Below the pieces are notes generated by a model. The model had not been told where the DNA came from. It saw only the letters and a list, made by a program, of their open reading frames with translations, and made no database searches. DNA of 64,000 nucleotides, taken from NCBI RefSeq assembly GCF_009914755.1, contig NC_060947.1. One strand, written 5' to 3'. This DNA comes from the human T2T-CHM13v2.0 reference genome, Homo sapiens. Positions 13,350 to 35,173 of this stretch are shown here, piece after piece. The position numbers and the translations under genes were made by a program. Positions within the stretch are counted from its first letter, which is position 1. Every line of letters starts with the position of its first letter.

Positions 13350-14256
13350 ATATCCAGAATCTACAATGAACTCAAACAAATTTACAAGAAAGAAACAAAC
13401 AACCCCATCAAAAAGTGAGCGAAGGATATGAACAGACACTTCTCAAAAGAAGACATTTATGCAGCCAAAAAACACAGGAAAAAATGCTCATCATCACTGG
13501 CCATCAGAGAAATGCAAATCAAAACCACAGTGAGATACCATCTCACACCAGTTAGAATGGCGATCATTAAAAAGTCAGTAAACAACAGGTGTTGGAGAGG
13601 ATGTGGAGAAATAGGGACACTTTTACACTGCTGGTGGGACTGTAAACTAGTTCAACCATTGTGGAAGTCAGTGTGGCGATTCCTCAGGGATCGAGAACTA
13701 GAAATACCATTTGACCCAGCCATCCCATTACTGGGTATATACCCAAAGGATTATAAATCATGCTGCTATAAAGACACATGCACATGTATGTTAATTGCGG
13801 CACTATTCACAATAGCAAAGACTTGGAACCAACCCAAATGTCTGACAATGATAGACTGGATTAAGAAAATGTGGCACATATACACCATGGAATACTATGC
13901 AGCCATAAAAAATGATGAGTTCATGTCCTTTGTAGGGACATGGATGAAACTGGAAACCATCATTCTCAGCAAACTATCGCAAGGGCAAAAAACCAAACAC
14001 CGCATGTTCTCACTCATAGGTGGGAATTGAACAATGAGAACACATGGACACAGGAAGGGGAACATCACATACCAGGCACTGTTGTGGGGTGGGGGGAGGG
14101 GGAGGGATAGCATTAGGAGATATACCTAATGCTAAATGACGAGTTAATGGGTGCAGCACACCAACATGGCACATGTATACATAGGTAACAAACCTGCACG
14201 TTGTGCACATGTACCCTAAAACTTAAAATATAATAATAATAAAATTTAAAAAAAAA
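13350..14256 (+). mobile_element. 5'-truncated L1PA4-like insertion with intact ORF2 C-terminus and 3'UTR
   Basis: ORF 13428-14030 is the ORF2p C-terminus with the CCHC motif ([18 protein letters not shown]), ending IGGN*. 3'UTR has GACGAGTTAATGGG and an A tail. Confidence 0.95.
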
Positions 14257-14257
14257 G

Positions 14258-14444
<187 letters not shown>

Positions 14445-17400
14445 GAATCATATCATCTGCAAAGAGAAACAGTTTCACTTCTTCTTTTCCTATTTGGGTG
14501 CCCTTTATTTCTTTCTTTTGCCTGATTTCTCTGGCTAAGATTTCCAGGACTATGGTGAATAAGAGAGATGAGAGAGATCATTTTTGTCTTGTTCCACTGT
14601 TCAAGGGGAATGTCCAGCTTTTCCCTATTCAGTGTGATGTTGCTGTGTGTTGGTTACAGATGGCTCCTATTATTTTGAGTATGTTCTTTGATTCCTAGTT
14701 TGTTGAGGATTTTTAACATGAAAGAATGAGGAATTTTGTTGAAATCCTTTTCTTCATCTATTGAAATGGTTATATGGATTTGTGTGTATGTGTGTGTGTG
14801 TGCGCACGTTTATGTAATAAATCACATTTATTGATTCCAGTATGTTGAACAAATCTTGAATCCCAGGAAGAAAACCTACTTGATGGGGGAAGATTAGCTT
14901 TTGATGTGCTTCTGGATTCAGTTGGCTAAGTTATTGTGTTGAAGATATTTGCATGTATGTTCATCAAGGATATTGGCTTGATGTTTTATTTTTCTGTTGT
15001 GTTTCGGCCACATTTTGTTGTGAGGATAAAACTAGCTACATAGAATTAGTTAGAGAAAAGTCCCACCTCCTCAATTTTTTTGGAGTAGTTTCAGGAGAAA
15101 TGATACCAGCTCTTCCATATATGTCTGGTAGAATTTAGCTGTGAATCAGTCTGGTCCTGGGCATTTTCTTATAGGTAGGCTTTCTATTACTGATTCAATT
15201 TTGGAATTCATTATTGGTTTGTTTAGGGTTTCATTTTCTTTCTGATTAAATCTTGGAGGGTTGTATGTTTCTAGAAATTTATCCATTTTTTCTAGGTTTT
15301 CTAATTTGTATGCATAGAGGTGTTCATAATAGTCTCTGAGGGTTTTTGTATTTCTGTGAAGTCAGTGGTAATGTCTCCTTTGTCATTTCTCTTTGTGTTT
15401 ATTTGGATCTTCTTTTTATTCATAAGTCTGGCTAGTGGTCTGTTTATCTTATGTATTCTTTCAAAACTCCATTGACTAGATTTGTTAATATTTTCTATAG
15501 TTTTTCACATCTCAGTTGCATTCAGCTTAGCTCTGACTTTGGTTATTTCTTGACTTCTGCTGGTTTGGGGATTTATTTGCTCTTGTTTCTCTAGCTCTTC
15601 TGGGTGTGATGTTAGGTCATTAATTTGAGATCTTTCTAACTTCTTCATGTGGGCTTTTTGTGCTATAAACATTCTTCTTTACACTGCTTTAGCTGTGACC
15701 CAGGAATTCTGGTATGATGTATCTTTGTTCTCATTAGTTTCAAAGAATTTCTTGATTTCTGACTTAATTTTATTCTTTGCCAAAAATTTATTATGGAGCA
15801 GGTTGCTTAATTTCTGTATAATTGTATGGTTTTGAGCATTATTCTTTGTATTGATTTCTAATTTTATTGCACTGTGATCCTAGAGTGTGATCCTAGAGTG
15901 TGATTTTGATAATTTTGAATTTGCTGGGAATTGTTTTATGGTTAACTGTGTGGTCAGTTTTAAAGTATATGCCATGTGCAGATGAGGAGAATGTATTTTC
16001 TGTTGTTTTTGGGTGGAAAGCTCTCTAGATTTCTATTAATCAACGTGATTAAGTGTTGAGTTCAGGTCCCAAATATCTTCATTAGTTTTTGGCCTCAACA
16101 ATTTGTATAATACTGTCAGTGGTGTGTTGACATCCCACACTATTATTGTGTGGTTATCTAAATCTCTTCCTAGGTCTTTAATAATTTGTTTTACAAATCT
16201 GCATCCTCCTGTGTTGGGTACATTCACATTTAGGATAGGTGGATCTTTTTATTACATTGACCCTTTACCATTATTTAATGTTCTCCTTTGTATTTTTTTA
16301 TCATTTTTGGTATAAATTTTGTTTTGTCTGAAATTATACTATCAGCCCCCACTTTTTTCTGTTTTCCATTTGCTTGGTAGATTTTTATCCATCCCTTTTC
16401 TTTGAGCCTATGGGTGTCATTGAACATGAGATGAATTTTATCAAAACAGCATACAGTTGAGTCTTGCATTTTTGTCCAACTTACCACTCTGTGCCTTTTA
16501 ATTGGGACATTTAGCCCATTTACATTGAAGATATAGATATGTGCAGATTAGATCCTGTTGTCATGCTGCTAGCAGGCTATCACACAGACTTGATTGTGTA
16601 GTTGCTTTACAGTGTCAATGGTCTATGTACTTAAGTGTTTTTTTGTGATGGCCAGTAATGGTCTTTCTGTTGATGTTTAGCTCTCCCTTAAGGACTTCTT
16701 ATAAGGCAGGTCTGGTATTAAAAAAAAATTCTGTATCATTTGCTTGTCTGAAAATCATCTCATTTCCTCTTCAATTTTGAATCCTAGTTTGGCTGGATAT
16801 GAAATTCTTGGTTGGAATTTTTTTTAATTTTTCTAATAGTGCAATGCTTAATATAGGCTCCCAATCTCTTCTGACTTGGAGAATTTTTCCTGAAAGTATG
16901 CTGTTAGTCTGGTTGAGTTCCCTTTGTAGGTAAACTGACCCTTCTGTCTAGCTGCCTTTAAAATATTTTCTTTCATTACAATCTTGGAGAATCTGATGAC
17001 TGCGTGTCTTTGGGATGGTCATCTTGTATAGTATCTCCAAGGGGCTTCCTGTATTATCTGAATTTGAATGTTGGCCTCTCCAAAGAGGTTGGGGAATTTT
17101 CCATGGATGGGATCCTCAAATATGTTTTGCATGTTCCTTGCTTTCTCTCCCTTTTTTGCAAGGATGTTAAAGAGTAATATGTCTCTTTACATAATACTAT
17201 ATTTCTCAGAGGTTTTGTACATTCTGTATATTTTATTTGCGATTATTCGGGGAACCTGTAATCAAGCTCTGAGATTCTTTCCTCAGCTTGGTCTATTCTG
17301 CCGTTAATACTTGCAATTGTATTATGAAATTCTTGAAGTGAGTTTTTCAGCTCTATCAGGTCAGTTTGGTTCTTTCTTAAAATGGTCATTTTGTCTTTCT

Positions 17401-18525
17401 GCTCCAGTGTCATTTTATAGTATCCCTTAAATTCCTCAGATTGGGTTTCAATTTTCTCCTGAATCTTGATGATCTTCATTTCTATCCATATTCTGAATTT
17501 GATGCCTGTCACTTCAGCCAGTTAAGCCTAGTTAAGAACCATTGCTGGAGAACTATTGAGGCATTTTAGAACTAAGACACTCTGGCTTTTTGAGTTGCCA
17601 GATTTCTTGTGTTGGTTCTTTCTCATCTGTGTGTGCTGATGTTTTTTGAGTCTTTGACGTTACTGTCCTTTGAATGGGATTTTTTGCTTTTATCTTCTTT
17701 AATTCCCTTGAGTGTTTGTTTATGGTATAAGGTGGGCTCAGTGGACTGGCTTTCACTTTGGAAGATATTATGGGGCCAAGGCTCAGCTCAGCACTCCTGT
17801 GCTGTGTGCTCTAACTCTAGGTCCCTAGTACCCAGCCCCTGGCTGTTCTCTGGCCCCTCAAGATCAGGAATCTGCCGTGTAGGAGCCAATGTGTTCCTGG
17901 TCTGCTGGCACTCACACTCCAATGCGTGGGTGATGGGCAAAGCACTTTGTAAGGGTAATGGCAGCTGAATCCATGCTCTCTTGTTAACTATTTTTTTTAG
18001 GAGAGGAAAATGAGACTTTTGAAGGTTTAATTTAATGATTGTTTCATATGACATCGTATTATTCCTCTTTTTCTGAAGAGACTTCATTGCATTTTTGTGG
18101 TTTTAAATAATATTCCATATTTAAAATAATTCAGTGCTCTTAGCCCTTTACTGAGATTCCTAGAAATCTTGAAATAACATAAATTTGTTATTAGCAGAAC
18201 TGAAAACAATGGAATTCATTTAGGGGAGTAGATCACTAAGTATTATTTAAATTTTCTTAGCTTCACCTTTTTGCTTTTATTTGCCTGATTTAAATGATGA
18301 AAAATATGATAAAGTAATATAATAAAAGCTTAGGGTATAGATAGAACTGACAGAAAATTAGAGAGGATGTAACTGAAACTGTAAAGAAATTAAGTTTCAT
18401 AGACTTGTAGTCCTTTTGGAAAAAAGATCACTTAAAAAGTTTGGTAACATGAAATTTTATAATAAGACTCAATTACTGCCAGCTAGTGAAGTCCAATCAG
18501 TGTACCCCAACTCGTAGAACCAAGA

Positions 18526-18715
18526 TAGTGATTTACAAACTTGATTTGTCATAATCACCTGAGATATTTATTAACAGTACAATTTTCAGATCTTCCCCTA
18601 GAGATTCTAATTCAGTAGGCCTCATGTAGAATACAGACATTTTCACAAGCACCACCTCTACCCCAACATGCGCATTCCAGTGATTCCTATGATCAAGCAA
18701 GGTTGGCAAACACTA
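18526..18715. mobile_element. MER5A-type hAT-Charlie MITE
   Basis: Termini TAGTGATTTACAAACTT and AGGTTGGCAAACACTA; internal AGAGATTCTAATTCAGTAGG. Confidence 0.7.
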
Positions 18716-19049
18716 CACTGACTGGCTGGATCTTCAAGTTACTGACTGCTTTCTCCAGGTTTGCTCCCAAATTCCAGGGGTAGAGGGGAATAGAGTTACC
18801 ATTATTACCTATTTTCAATGACCTGCTTAAGAGGTTATACTTCCATATATTTCCAGAGCTAACTAAAATAGATACTTAACCAACTTTATCCTTTCATTTT
18901 TCTTTTCCCTGTTCCAGGTATGTCGAGATTCCAAATAAATTTTAAAGGTGTTCTTACTAAATAAGGGCTGTAGACTTCTGCCGAAAACACACCATAACAT
19001 TTTCCCTTTCCTGATGATAATACAATGTATAATACCATGATTTGGGTAT

Positions 19050-19280
19050 CATAAACCAGAAAAGACTTGAGTTCTAATCCACATTCAATCATTTACTAAA
19101 CATATCATTCTACTCAAGTCATTCAACCATTGTGACTCTGTGTTTGTCATCTGTAAAGGTGAGGTAGAAATGCCTGCCCTACCTAACTCTCCACATTTTT
19201 ACAATGACTAGAACTAGCTATTCTAAATAAAATACATTTTAACTACAAAGTACAATAAATATGCTAGTATTATTTTTATT
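19050..19280 (+). mobile_element. MIR/MIR3 SINE
   Basis: GAGTTCTAATCC...CAAGTCATTCAACC...TGTCATCTGTAAA...CCTGCCCTACCT resembles the MIR core. Confidence 0.7.
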
Positions 19281-19511
19281 ACTAAAGACTCATAGTCTTA
19301 TGTGAGTATCATAAGGAAACATAGTTTGTTATAATAAAAACATCAGAACAACCACCATCTTGTGGTACAAAATAGGCAAAATTCAGATTTAACAAATTCT
19401 ATTGAAATTTCTAATTCATACAAGCTTATTTTCATTTCAAGAGTGGCAGCATATACTCATATTGCTTGGTTAATGTGAGAAATTAAGAGATATGGAAACT
19501 TTCATTTCTTG

Positions 19512-20114
19512 TGTATTGATAATTAAGCTACATTTTCTGAGTCCCAAACACACCTTTTTTATACCACTTTTCTACTGCTAAGGTTGGGACTCTGCAAACC
19601 ACATTTCTCCACTTGCCAAGTGGCTTTGCATGATATCCTGCCAATAGTGCACACCAGAGGGAGAACAGAAAGTTACAAAAGGGAAGAAGACACTTGCCCT
19701 TTCCTGTTTTGCTTCCTATTTCTCTCAGTATCACCCCAGGAACAGCCCTTCATTCTGGCATTTGTTGTTGGTAATGGTAGCATTGGTTCCTGTTTTTCCA
19801 CACTACCAGAACCAGCCTCCTTGTGCTCCAAGAGGTACCATAATTAGGGAGTACTGAACCTGCTCAGAGATCTGAGTCCCAGCTCAGCAGATTCCCTTCT
19901 CTGTTATGTGGCTTCTGGAAATCAAAACGTCTTCCCCTTGTTTCCTTGGCCATAGAGACAATAGCTGCTTTCTGCATTTATACTGTTGTTGCTTCAGTGT
20001 TTTGTTTTGTTTTGTTTTTCCTTTTAAATCTTCTAAAACCTGTCTAAACAATTTCTTATATTAAATTTCATCTGATGTGTTTTCTGTTTTCTTGCTTGGA
20101 CACTTACTGATACA
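19512..20114 (+). mobile_element. Solo LTR, LTR33-like (ERVL)
   Basis: TG...CA ends; GGGACTCTGCAAACCACATTTCT and CTGCCAATAG motifs; ATTAAA signal before the TGATACA end. Confidence 0.75.
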
Positions 20115-20267
20115 GACTGTCCATTTGATAATAAGTAATTTCCGCATTTTCTTGCTTTTCCACAATTTCCACAAAGATAACAGTTTAGCATAACTTAATG
20201 TGCGGAATGTAACTTTTATATGAATAGAACGTTAAAAACAGTGTGCATTATGAAGTGAAGAAGCCAC

Positions 20268-20724
20268 TGTTGTCCAAAGCTGATTTGATGTTCATAACTA
20301 GGCCACAATATTATTACCAGATGGCTTGACACTCATAGGGAGATTACTTTGTCTTCTTGTTGGACATAAACAGTCTCACAGATGACAATTTAAAACAATA
20401 TTACTTTCAGATAATGACAAAACAAGTCTACTTCATAATTTTGTCTAGGCTCAGACAGGTTATTAGGTCACCCACAACATAATAATAGAATTACCCTCAC
20501 TTTCTCACAGCATCTAATCAGGAATAAATCCCTACTCCATTGTACCCTCCCCTAAATCACCCAACCAAGGCCCAAGTTTTCTACTAGATTATTTCTAACA
20601 TCATCTTATCGAGATATGCCATGCTTCCCCATGGTTTGTGTTTTTCTCTGCTGCAATCAGCAATAAGCCAAACTTGATTAACTACTGGTGATTTATTGGT
20701 GGAATGTAGCTGAGGGGCATCGAT
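20268..20724 (+). mobile_element. Solo LTR, MER67-like (ERV1)
   Basis: TGTTGTCCAAA...TTCATAACTAGGCCA...AATCACCCAACCAAGGCCC...TTCCCCATGG...CAATAAGCCAAACTTG resembles the recalled MER67 consensus. Confidence 0.65.
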
Positions 20725-20879
20725 CCTGGTAAGATTTTATTTGGATGTGAGGTGAAAAAATTTTCAGAGATGGTGATTATATTTCATTGTTTGAGTAAAA
20801 TGTGCTTCTAGAAGAACCTTGAAAGTGACCAACATGGTCATTTGTCACAATTGCCATTTTATAATTTATTATATGATTA

Positions 20880-21003
20880 TTTTATTAATATTTATCTTTC
20901 TACTAGACCTAGTTCATTAGTTCCATGAGAGCAGGAATTATATCTTATTATTTTCCTCACCATTGCATCCCTAGGATCATGGACAATGTGTGGCACGTTG
21001 TGG
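20880..21003 (+). mobile_element. L2 3' fragment
   Basis: ACTAGAC...GTTCCATGAGAGCAGGAATTA...CACCATTGCATCCCTAG...GTGTGGCAC. Confidence 0.65.
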
Positions 21004-21005
21004 AC

Positions 21006-21188
21006 CAGTGTGATACAATATAAATATAATATGAACCACATATATAGGCTTAAATTTTCTAGCAGCAACAATTAAAAAGTAAAAAGCTGTTGGTTAAATT
21101 AGTTTTAATAACCTATTTTATTTAACTTCATGTATCCAAATGTCATATCATTTCAACATGTAATTAATATAAAAAATTATTAATAAGA
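21006..21188 (+). mobile_element. Charlie5/MER33 hAT DNA transposon, left part
   Basis: CAGTGTGATACAATATAAATATAATATGAACCACATAT...AAATTTTCTAGCAGC...CATTTCAACATGTAATTAATATAAAAAATTATTAAT matches the recalled MER33 left half. Confidence 0.8.
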
Positions 21189-21203
21189 CCCTGCCCTATG
21201 TCA

Positions 21204-21653
<450 letters not shown>

Positions 21654-22807
21654 TTAAAAATGTATAAGTAACAAAATACCTTTATGAGCTGTCCAGAATT
21701 CAGATAAGAAGTTGTGGTATCCCTAGATGAACACAAAACTGAGATCAGCAGCAGAGAAATGGGTAAGAAGAACAATTTATCTTTACCTGCATCAGCCTCT
21801 CCTTCATGCCTGCAAAGCTCAGTGCCAAGAAAGACTGTGACTCCTCACTGGGAGAGGGAAAGAGAATGGGCATATATACAATATCTCTTGACTTTCAGTG
21901 CACTCCCTGAAGGGATGGCTTCTGTCTGGTTTCACACAGAATGCTGGAAAATCTAGTAAAGTCAAGTTCCTGGCACAACAAAGAGGACAGGTACTTTCCT
22001 GGAGTTGGTACAGGTTTGTATGGCTTGGAGAAGGTGCAGAACTGAGGTCTGTTCTCCAAGAGTAAGAGAGGAGTGAAACATGGCTTCTATGTTTTTGGCC
22101 TTTCAGTGCACTCCCCAAGGAGCTGGATTCTGATTTGTCTCACACAGAACACTGATGAAACTGGCATAGTCTGGATGCTTGGGGCAGCTGTGGTCAACAC
22201 CATATACAAGGCTTGGAAAACACACAGAATTGATGCCCTTTCTCTAACGAGAGAGGAGGGGAGCATTACTCCAATGTCCTCAGCTATTCCCTGTACTCCT
22301 CAAGGGGCTGGTTTATATCCTTTGCATTGTGGAGTGCTGAGGGAATTAATGTAGTTAGAGAACAGAGAAAACACTATATTATGGGTTTCTGAAGAAAAAA
22401 CAACTACTGAATGGGTCAGTTAGAAACAAAAATTCTGAATCTCTAGCTAGGTTGACCGGTGAAGGTCTTTCCCATTCAAAGTCAGTCCATAGGGGAAAAT
22501 GAGGCCTGTTCTTTTTCAAATGCACATACTCCAATGAAAAGATACAAGAAACAAGAAGAATCAGAGAAAAGTTACACAATCAAATGAACGAACTAAATCT
22601 CCAGTAAATTACCTTAAGGAAATGAAAATCTATGAATTGCTTAACAACAAACTTAAAATAATCTCAAAGCAGATGAATGGGTTTCAAAAGAAAACAGATA
22701 GACAACTGAATTAAACTGGGAAAATAATGCGTGAAAAAAATAAGTATATTTGCAAGAAAATATAAATGAGAAAGAACCAAACAGAAATTCTGAAACTGTG
22801 GTATGTA

Positions 22808-22887
22808 TTAGGGGGGTACAAAAGTAACTGTGGTCTTTGCCATTACTTTTAACGGTGAAAATGGCAATTACTTTTGCACCAACCCAA
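22808..22887. mobile_element. MADE1 (Hsmar1-derived 80-bp MITE)
   Basis: TA|TTAGGGGGGTACAAAAGTAACTGTGG...CAATTACTTTTGCACCAACCCAA|TA; exactly 80 bp, palindromic, TA TSD. Confidence 0.9.
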
Positions 22888-23021
22888 TAGTAAGAGAACT
22901 AAAAATTTCACTATTGGGATTTGGCAACAGATTTGATCAGGCAGAAAAAAAGGATCAACAAACTTAAAGGCACTTGAAGTTATGCAATCAAAGGTTCAAA
23001 AACAAAAAAAATAGTAAAAAG

Positions 23022-30490
<7,469 letters not shown>

Positions 30491-30499
30491 TTAAGAAAA

Positions 30500-31315
30500 A
30501 CAGACTTTTAAAAATGTCAAACCATCACAAGTGGCGTGTATGTGGAGAAAAGGGAACTCTCGTACACTAGGAGTGAGAATGTATATTGGTACAGCTATTT
30601 TATGAACAACAGTATGAAGACTCCTCAGAAAATTAAAAATAGAACTACCATATAATTTGATAATCCCATTCCTAGTTATATACTTAAAGGAAATGAAATA
30701 AGTACCTCAAAGAGATATCTGCACTCTCATGTCATTCACTGCAACCAAGATATGAAAACAACATAATTGCCTGTCAACTGATGAATGAATAAAGAAATTA
30801 AGGTATATATAATGAAATATTTTTCCGCCTTTAAAAAGAAAGAAACACTGACATTTGTGACAACAGAAGTAAATCTGGAGTACATTATGCTAAGTAAAAT
30901 AAGGGCTGACACAGAAAGAAAAATACTGCATGATTTCACTTATATTTGGAATCTTACCAAGTCAAACACATAAAAGTAGAAAGTAGAACAATGGTTATTA
31001 GGGGTGGGGGATATGGGGGAAATGGGAAGATGGTCAAAAGGCATAAAGTTGCAGTTATGTAGGATAAATAAATATAGAGATCTAATGTATAGCATGGTGA
31101 CAATATTTAATCAAACTGTGCTGTATATTTTCAAGTGATTTCACAGAGTAGATTTCAGTTGCTCTCCCCAAAATAACAAATAGTAACTATGTGAGGAGAT
31201 AGATATGCTAATTGCTTGAGTGTAGTAATCATTTCATTATGTATATCTATATCAAAACATCACATTATACACCTTAAATATATACAATTTTATTTTAAAA
31301 ATAAAAATGTTAAAA
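30500..31315 (+). mobile_element. L1MA7-9-like 3' end
   Basis: ORF2 end (KKETLTFVTTEVNLEYIMLSKI). 3'UTR ending ATCAAAACATCACATTATACACCTTAAATATATACAATTTTATT. Confidence 0.8.
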
Positions 31316-31319
31316 ATAG

Positions 31320-31449
31320 AAGCTGAGAAAAGGTGAGTGTGTTCCGGAAATCTGCTGTACAACATCATGCCTATAATTAACAAAACTGTATTTTGCCCCT
31401 TATAATTTTTAAGATAGTAGCTTTCGTGTTGTGTTCTTACCAGAATTTA
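31320..31449 (+). mobile_element. L1MB1/2-like 3' terminus
   Basis: ATCTGCTGTACAACATCATGCCTATAATTAACAAAACTGTATT...GTGTTCTTACCA. Confidence 0.65.
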
Positions 31450-31640
31450 TAAAAAATATTAACGGAATATTGTACATATTTTTTATCATAGTAGTTCTTT
31501 GAAATCAAATATGTATTTTGCACCTACAGTACTTGTTAATTTGAAGACTAAGTATTCATCACACAAGCTTGATCTACATTACATTTCATAAGATTTACAG
31601 TTCAAGAAGTAGATTCAAATACCTGGGTTCTCCAATAATT
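31450..31640 (+). mobile_element. Charlie5 continuation (right part of the element at 21006)
   Basis: AAAAAATATTAACGGAATATTGTACAT...ATGTATTTTGCACCTACAG...CTTGATCT...TTTCATAAGATTTACAGTT...GTAGATTCA continues the recalled consensus from where 21188 stops. Confidence 0.7.
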
Positions 31641-31659
31641 GAATTAGGAATCACTTTTA

Positions 31660-34210
31660 AGAGTTTTATTTAGGTTTAATTAACATACAATAAATTGCAT
31701 ATATTTAATCTGTACAATTAGATGTTTTGATATCTGTATGCACTAAAGAAACTATCACCAAATCAAGACAATGAACATAAACATCACGCCCCAATGTTTT
31801 CTAATGCCTCCTGTTAATCAACTTTCCCTTTCCTTTTCTTCTGTCTCACCAGTCAATGAATGATTATGATTACTAGTTTGCATTTTCAATAGTTTTATAT
31901 AGATCAAGGCATACAGTATGTGCTCTCTTTTTAATCTGGTTTCCTTCACTTGTCATGATTATGTTGAGATTCATTCACATTGTTGGGCATATCAACAGTT
32001 CATTTTTTAAATTGTTGTGTAGTTTTTTTCCTATATAGAAATGCACAATTTGTTCATTTACCTGTTAGTGAACAGTTGGTTTGTTTCCAGGTTTTGGTTA
32101 TTATAAATAAAGCTGATATAAACATTTATGGACAAGGCTTTGTATGGATATGTGCTATAAATTATCTTGGGTAAAATACATATCAGTAGAATAGCTGGAT
32201 GATAGGATGAATGCATGGTTAACTCTTTTAGAAATTGTCAAACTGTTTTAAAGAGTGTTTTAACATTTCTGGCAGTCTCAGGGTTCCAATTCTTCCACAT
32301 CCTCATCAACACTTGGTATGATCAGTCTTTAATTTTAGCCGTTCTAGTGTGTGTGTACTGGGCGCACTGTAGTTTAAATTTACATTTCGCTTATGATTAA
32401 TGGTATTAAGCACCTTTTCATCTGCTTATTTGCCATCTCTATATCTCCTTTGGTGAAGTGTCTTTCAGTTTTTAGCCCATTTTTTATCGGGTTTGTTCCC
32501 TTATCGAGTTTTGAGTATTCTTTGTATATTCTAGAAACAGATCCTTTTATCAGATAGATCTTCTATGTTCTCTCTATTTGGGCTTGTCTTTTCATTATCA
32601 TAACCCTGTCTTTCTATAAAATAACTTCATTGCAGTACATTTGACATATAACACAATTTTCCCATTTCAAGGGTACAATTCAATTATTTTTAATAACTTT
32701 ATTGAGTTGTGCAAACATCACATGTAAGTATTAGAACATTTTAATTTCCCCAATAATATCTCTCATGTTCATTTCCATTTACTTCACATTCCCATCCCTA
32801 GCCCCAGAAAACTCTCGTCTACTTTCTGTCTCTATGAATTTGTATTTGTCTTTCGCGGACATTTTACATAAATAGAATCATACAATATGTGATGTCATGT
32901 GTCTGGTTTCTGTCACATAATAGAAATCACATAATATCTCTGAGGTTCATACATGATGCAACATGTGTCAGTAGTTAACTGACAATAAGCTTTCCATAGA
33001 TGTATTTTAACAGGTAAGGAAGTTTCACTCTATTCCAAGGAAACAGTGTCTTCAGAGAAGCAGGAGTTTTTGATTGTGATACATTCTAATTTATCAATTT
33101 GCTATTTTATGAATCATGCTTTTAATGTGAAATCTAAGTAATCTTTGCCTAGCCAAAAGTGGCAATTTTTTCTCTATGTTTTATTCTAGGTGTGTAAAAT
33201 AACTGTAGTTCCTATGATTATGTCTACGATCCATTTTGAGTTAATTTTTATATATAGTGCGCGCTATGGACCAAAATTCATTTTTTGCATGGGGATATTC
33301 AATCATTTTAAAACCATTTGTTGAAAAGACTACCCTGTTTCCACTGAACTGAATTCACAACTTTTTTAAAAAATAAGTTGCCTAACTCCATATCCTATTT
33401 CACTGATTTATTCATCTAACTCCAATAATACACTGTTTTTATTCCTATAGCATTGTAATAAGTTTTGAAAACATGAAGTGTTATCCTGTCAATTATATGT
33501 TTTTTCAAAGTTGTTTTGGCTATTTCTAAGTAATTTTAATTACCATATAAGTTTTAAAAATCAGTTTGTAATTTCCTACAAAAAAGTGACCTGAAATTTT
33601 GATTAAAATTGTTTTAAATCTATAAATAATTGTAGGGAAAATATATCTTAGCATATTAGAAATTTTGTCCCATGGAAAAAAGGCATATCTCTCCATTAAA
33701 ACACTTTAAATTTTTTCACAAATATTTTATAGTTTTCAGGGCAGAGGTTTTGCATAGCTTTTGTCAGATTTATCCCTCAGTATTTCATATTTTACGTTAT
33801 TTTCAAATATGTTTTTAAAATTCAATTTCTGATTATTTTTTGGTAGTTTATAAACACACAATTGGTTTTTGTGTATTGAACGTGTATCCTGTAATTTTGT
33901 TAATCTCACTTATTAGCCTTAGTAGCTTTTTAAATTAAATACCATGGGATTTTATATATAAATTATCATGTCTTCTGGAAATAAAGACACATTCATTTCT
34001 TCTCTTCTAGATTGGATACCTTACATTTTTCTTGCCTTACTGCATTGTCTAGAACCTCCAGTAAAATATTGAATATAAATTGTAAAAGGGGACATCCATG
34101 ACTTTTACTTGACCTTAGTGGGGAGGTATTCACTCTTTCACCACTAAGTATAACGTTAAGTACATGGTTTTTATACATACATTCTACAAAGTTGAGAAAG
34201 GTCCATTTTT
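31660..34210 (-). mobile_element. Ancient L1MD/L1ME-like 3' part, with a nested L1MB-like 3' fragment at ~32615-32980
   Basis: Antisense L1M 3'UTR (TAACATACAATAAATTGCAT...ACTATCACCAAATCAAGAC) and ORF2 debris (GCPLLQFIFNILLEVLDNAVRQEK). Confidence 0.75.
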
Positions 34211-35173
34211 TTTGCAATGGAAAGGACAATTTTTTAAAAAAACTAGCTGTATATTTAAATAGACAAATAATAATTGCACATATTTGTGGGGTACATAGCT
34301 ATGTTTTGATACATTTCATGTATAGTGATCAGATCAGTGTTATTATCATATCCATCCTCTCAAATATTTATCACTTATTTGTTTTGGGAACATTCAGTAT
34401 CCTTTTAGCTATTTGATACTAATAACTAATTTTTAACCATAGTCATCCTACAGTGGTATAGAACACTAGAGCTTAGTCTTATTTAGCTGTAATTTTGTCT
34501 CCTTTAACAAATCTCTTCATATCATCCCTTTCGCTTTACTATTTCCAGCCTCTAATATCTTCTGTACTACTTTGGCTTCTATGAGATTACTTTTTTTAGC
34601 TTTCAAATATGAGTGAGAACATGTGGTGTTTAACTTTCTGTTCCTGACTTATTTTATTTAAAATAATGTCTTATAGTTCCATCAATGTTGATATGAATGA
34701 CAGAATTTAATTCTTTCTTATGGTTGAATAGTATTCAATTGTGTATATATACCACATTTTCTTTATCCATTCATCTGTTGTTGTACACCTAAGTTGACTC
34801 CATATCTTGGCTATTGTGAATTAGTGCTGCAATAAACATATTGGTGCAGATGTCTCTTCTATGAAATGATTTATTTTCCTTTGGATAACTACCCAGTAGT
34901 GGAATCGCTGGATCATATAGTAGTTTTACTCATATTTCTTTGAGTAACCTCCAGCTGTTCTCCATAGTGGTTGTACTAGTTTAAATTCCCACCAACAATT
35001 TATAAGAGAGATCTTTTCTCTGCATCCTCGCCAGTATTTGTGATTTTTTTTTTTGGTCTCTTTGATAATTGTCATCCTAATAAAATAAGGTGTTAATACA
35101 TTGTGGTTTTGATTAGTATTTTCCTCATGATTAGTAATGTTGAACATTTTTTCATATACTTGTTGATGATTTC

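Noticed and set aside
13428-14030. 200-aa ORF, the longest in the window
   Set aside because: L1 ORF2p C-terminal fragment of a promoterless truncated insertion, not a cellular gene.
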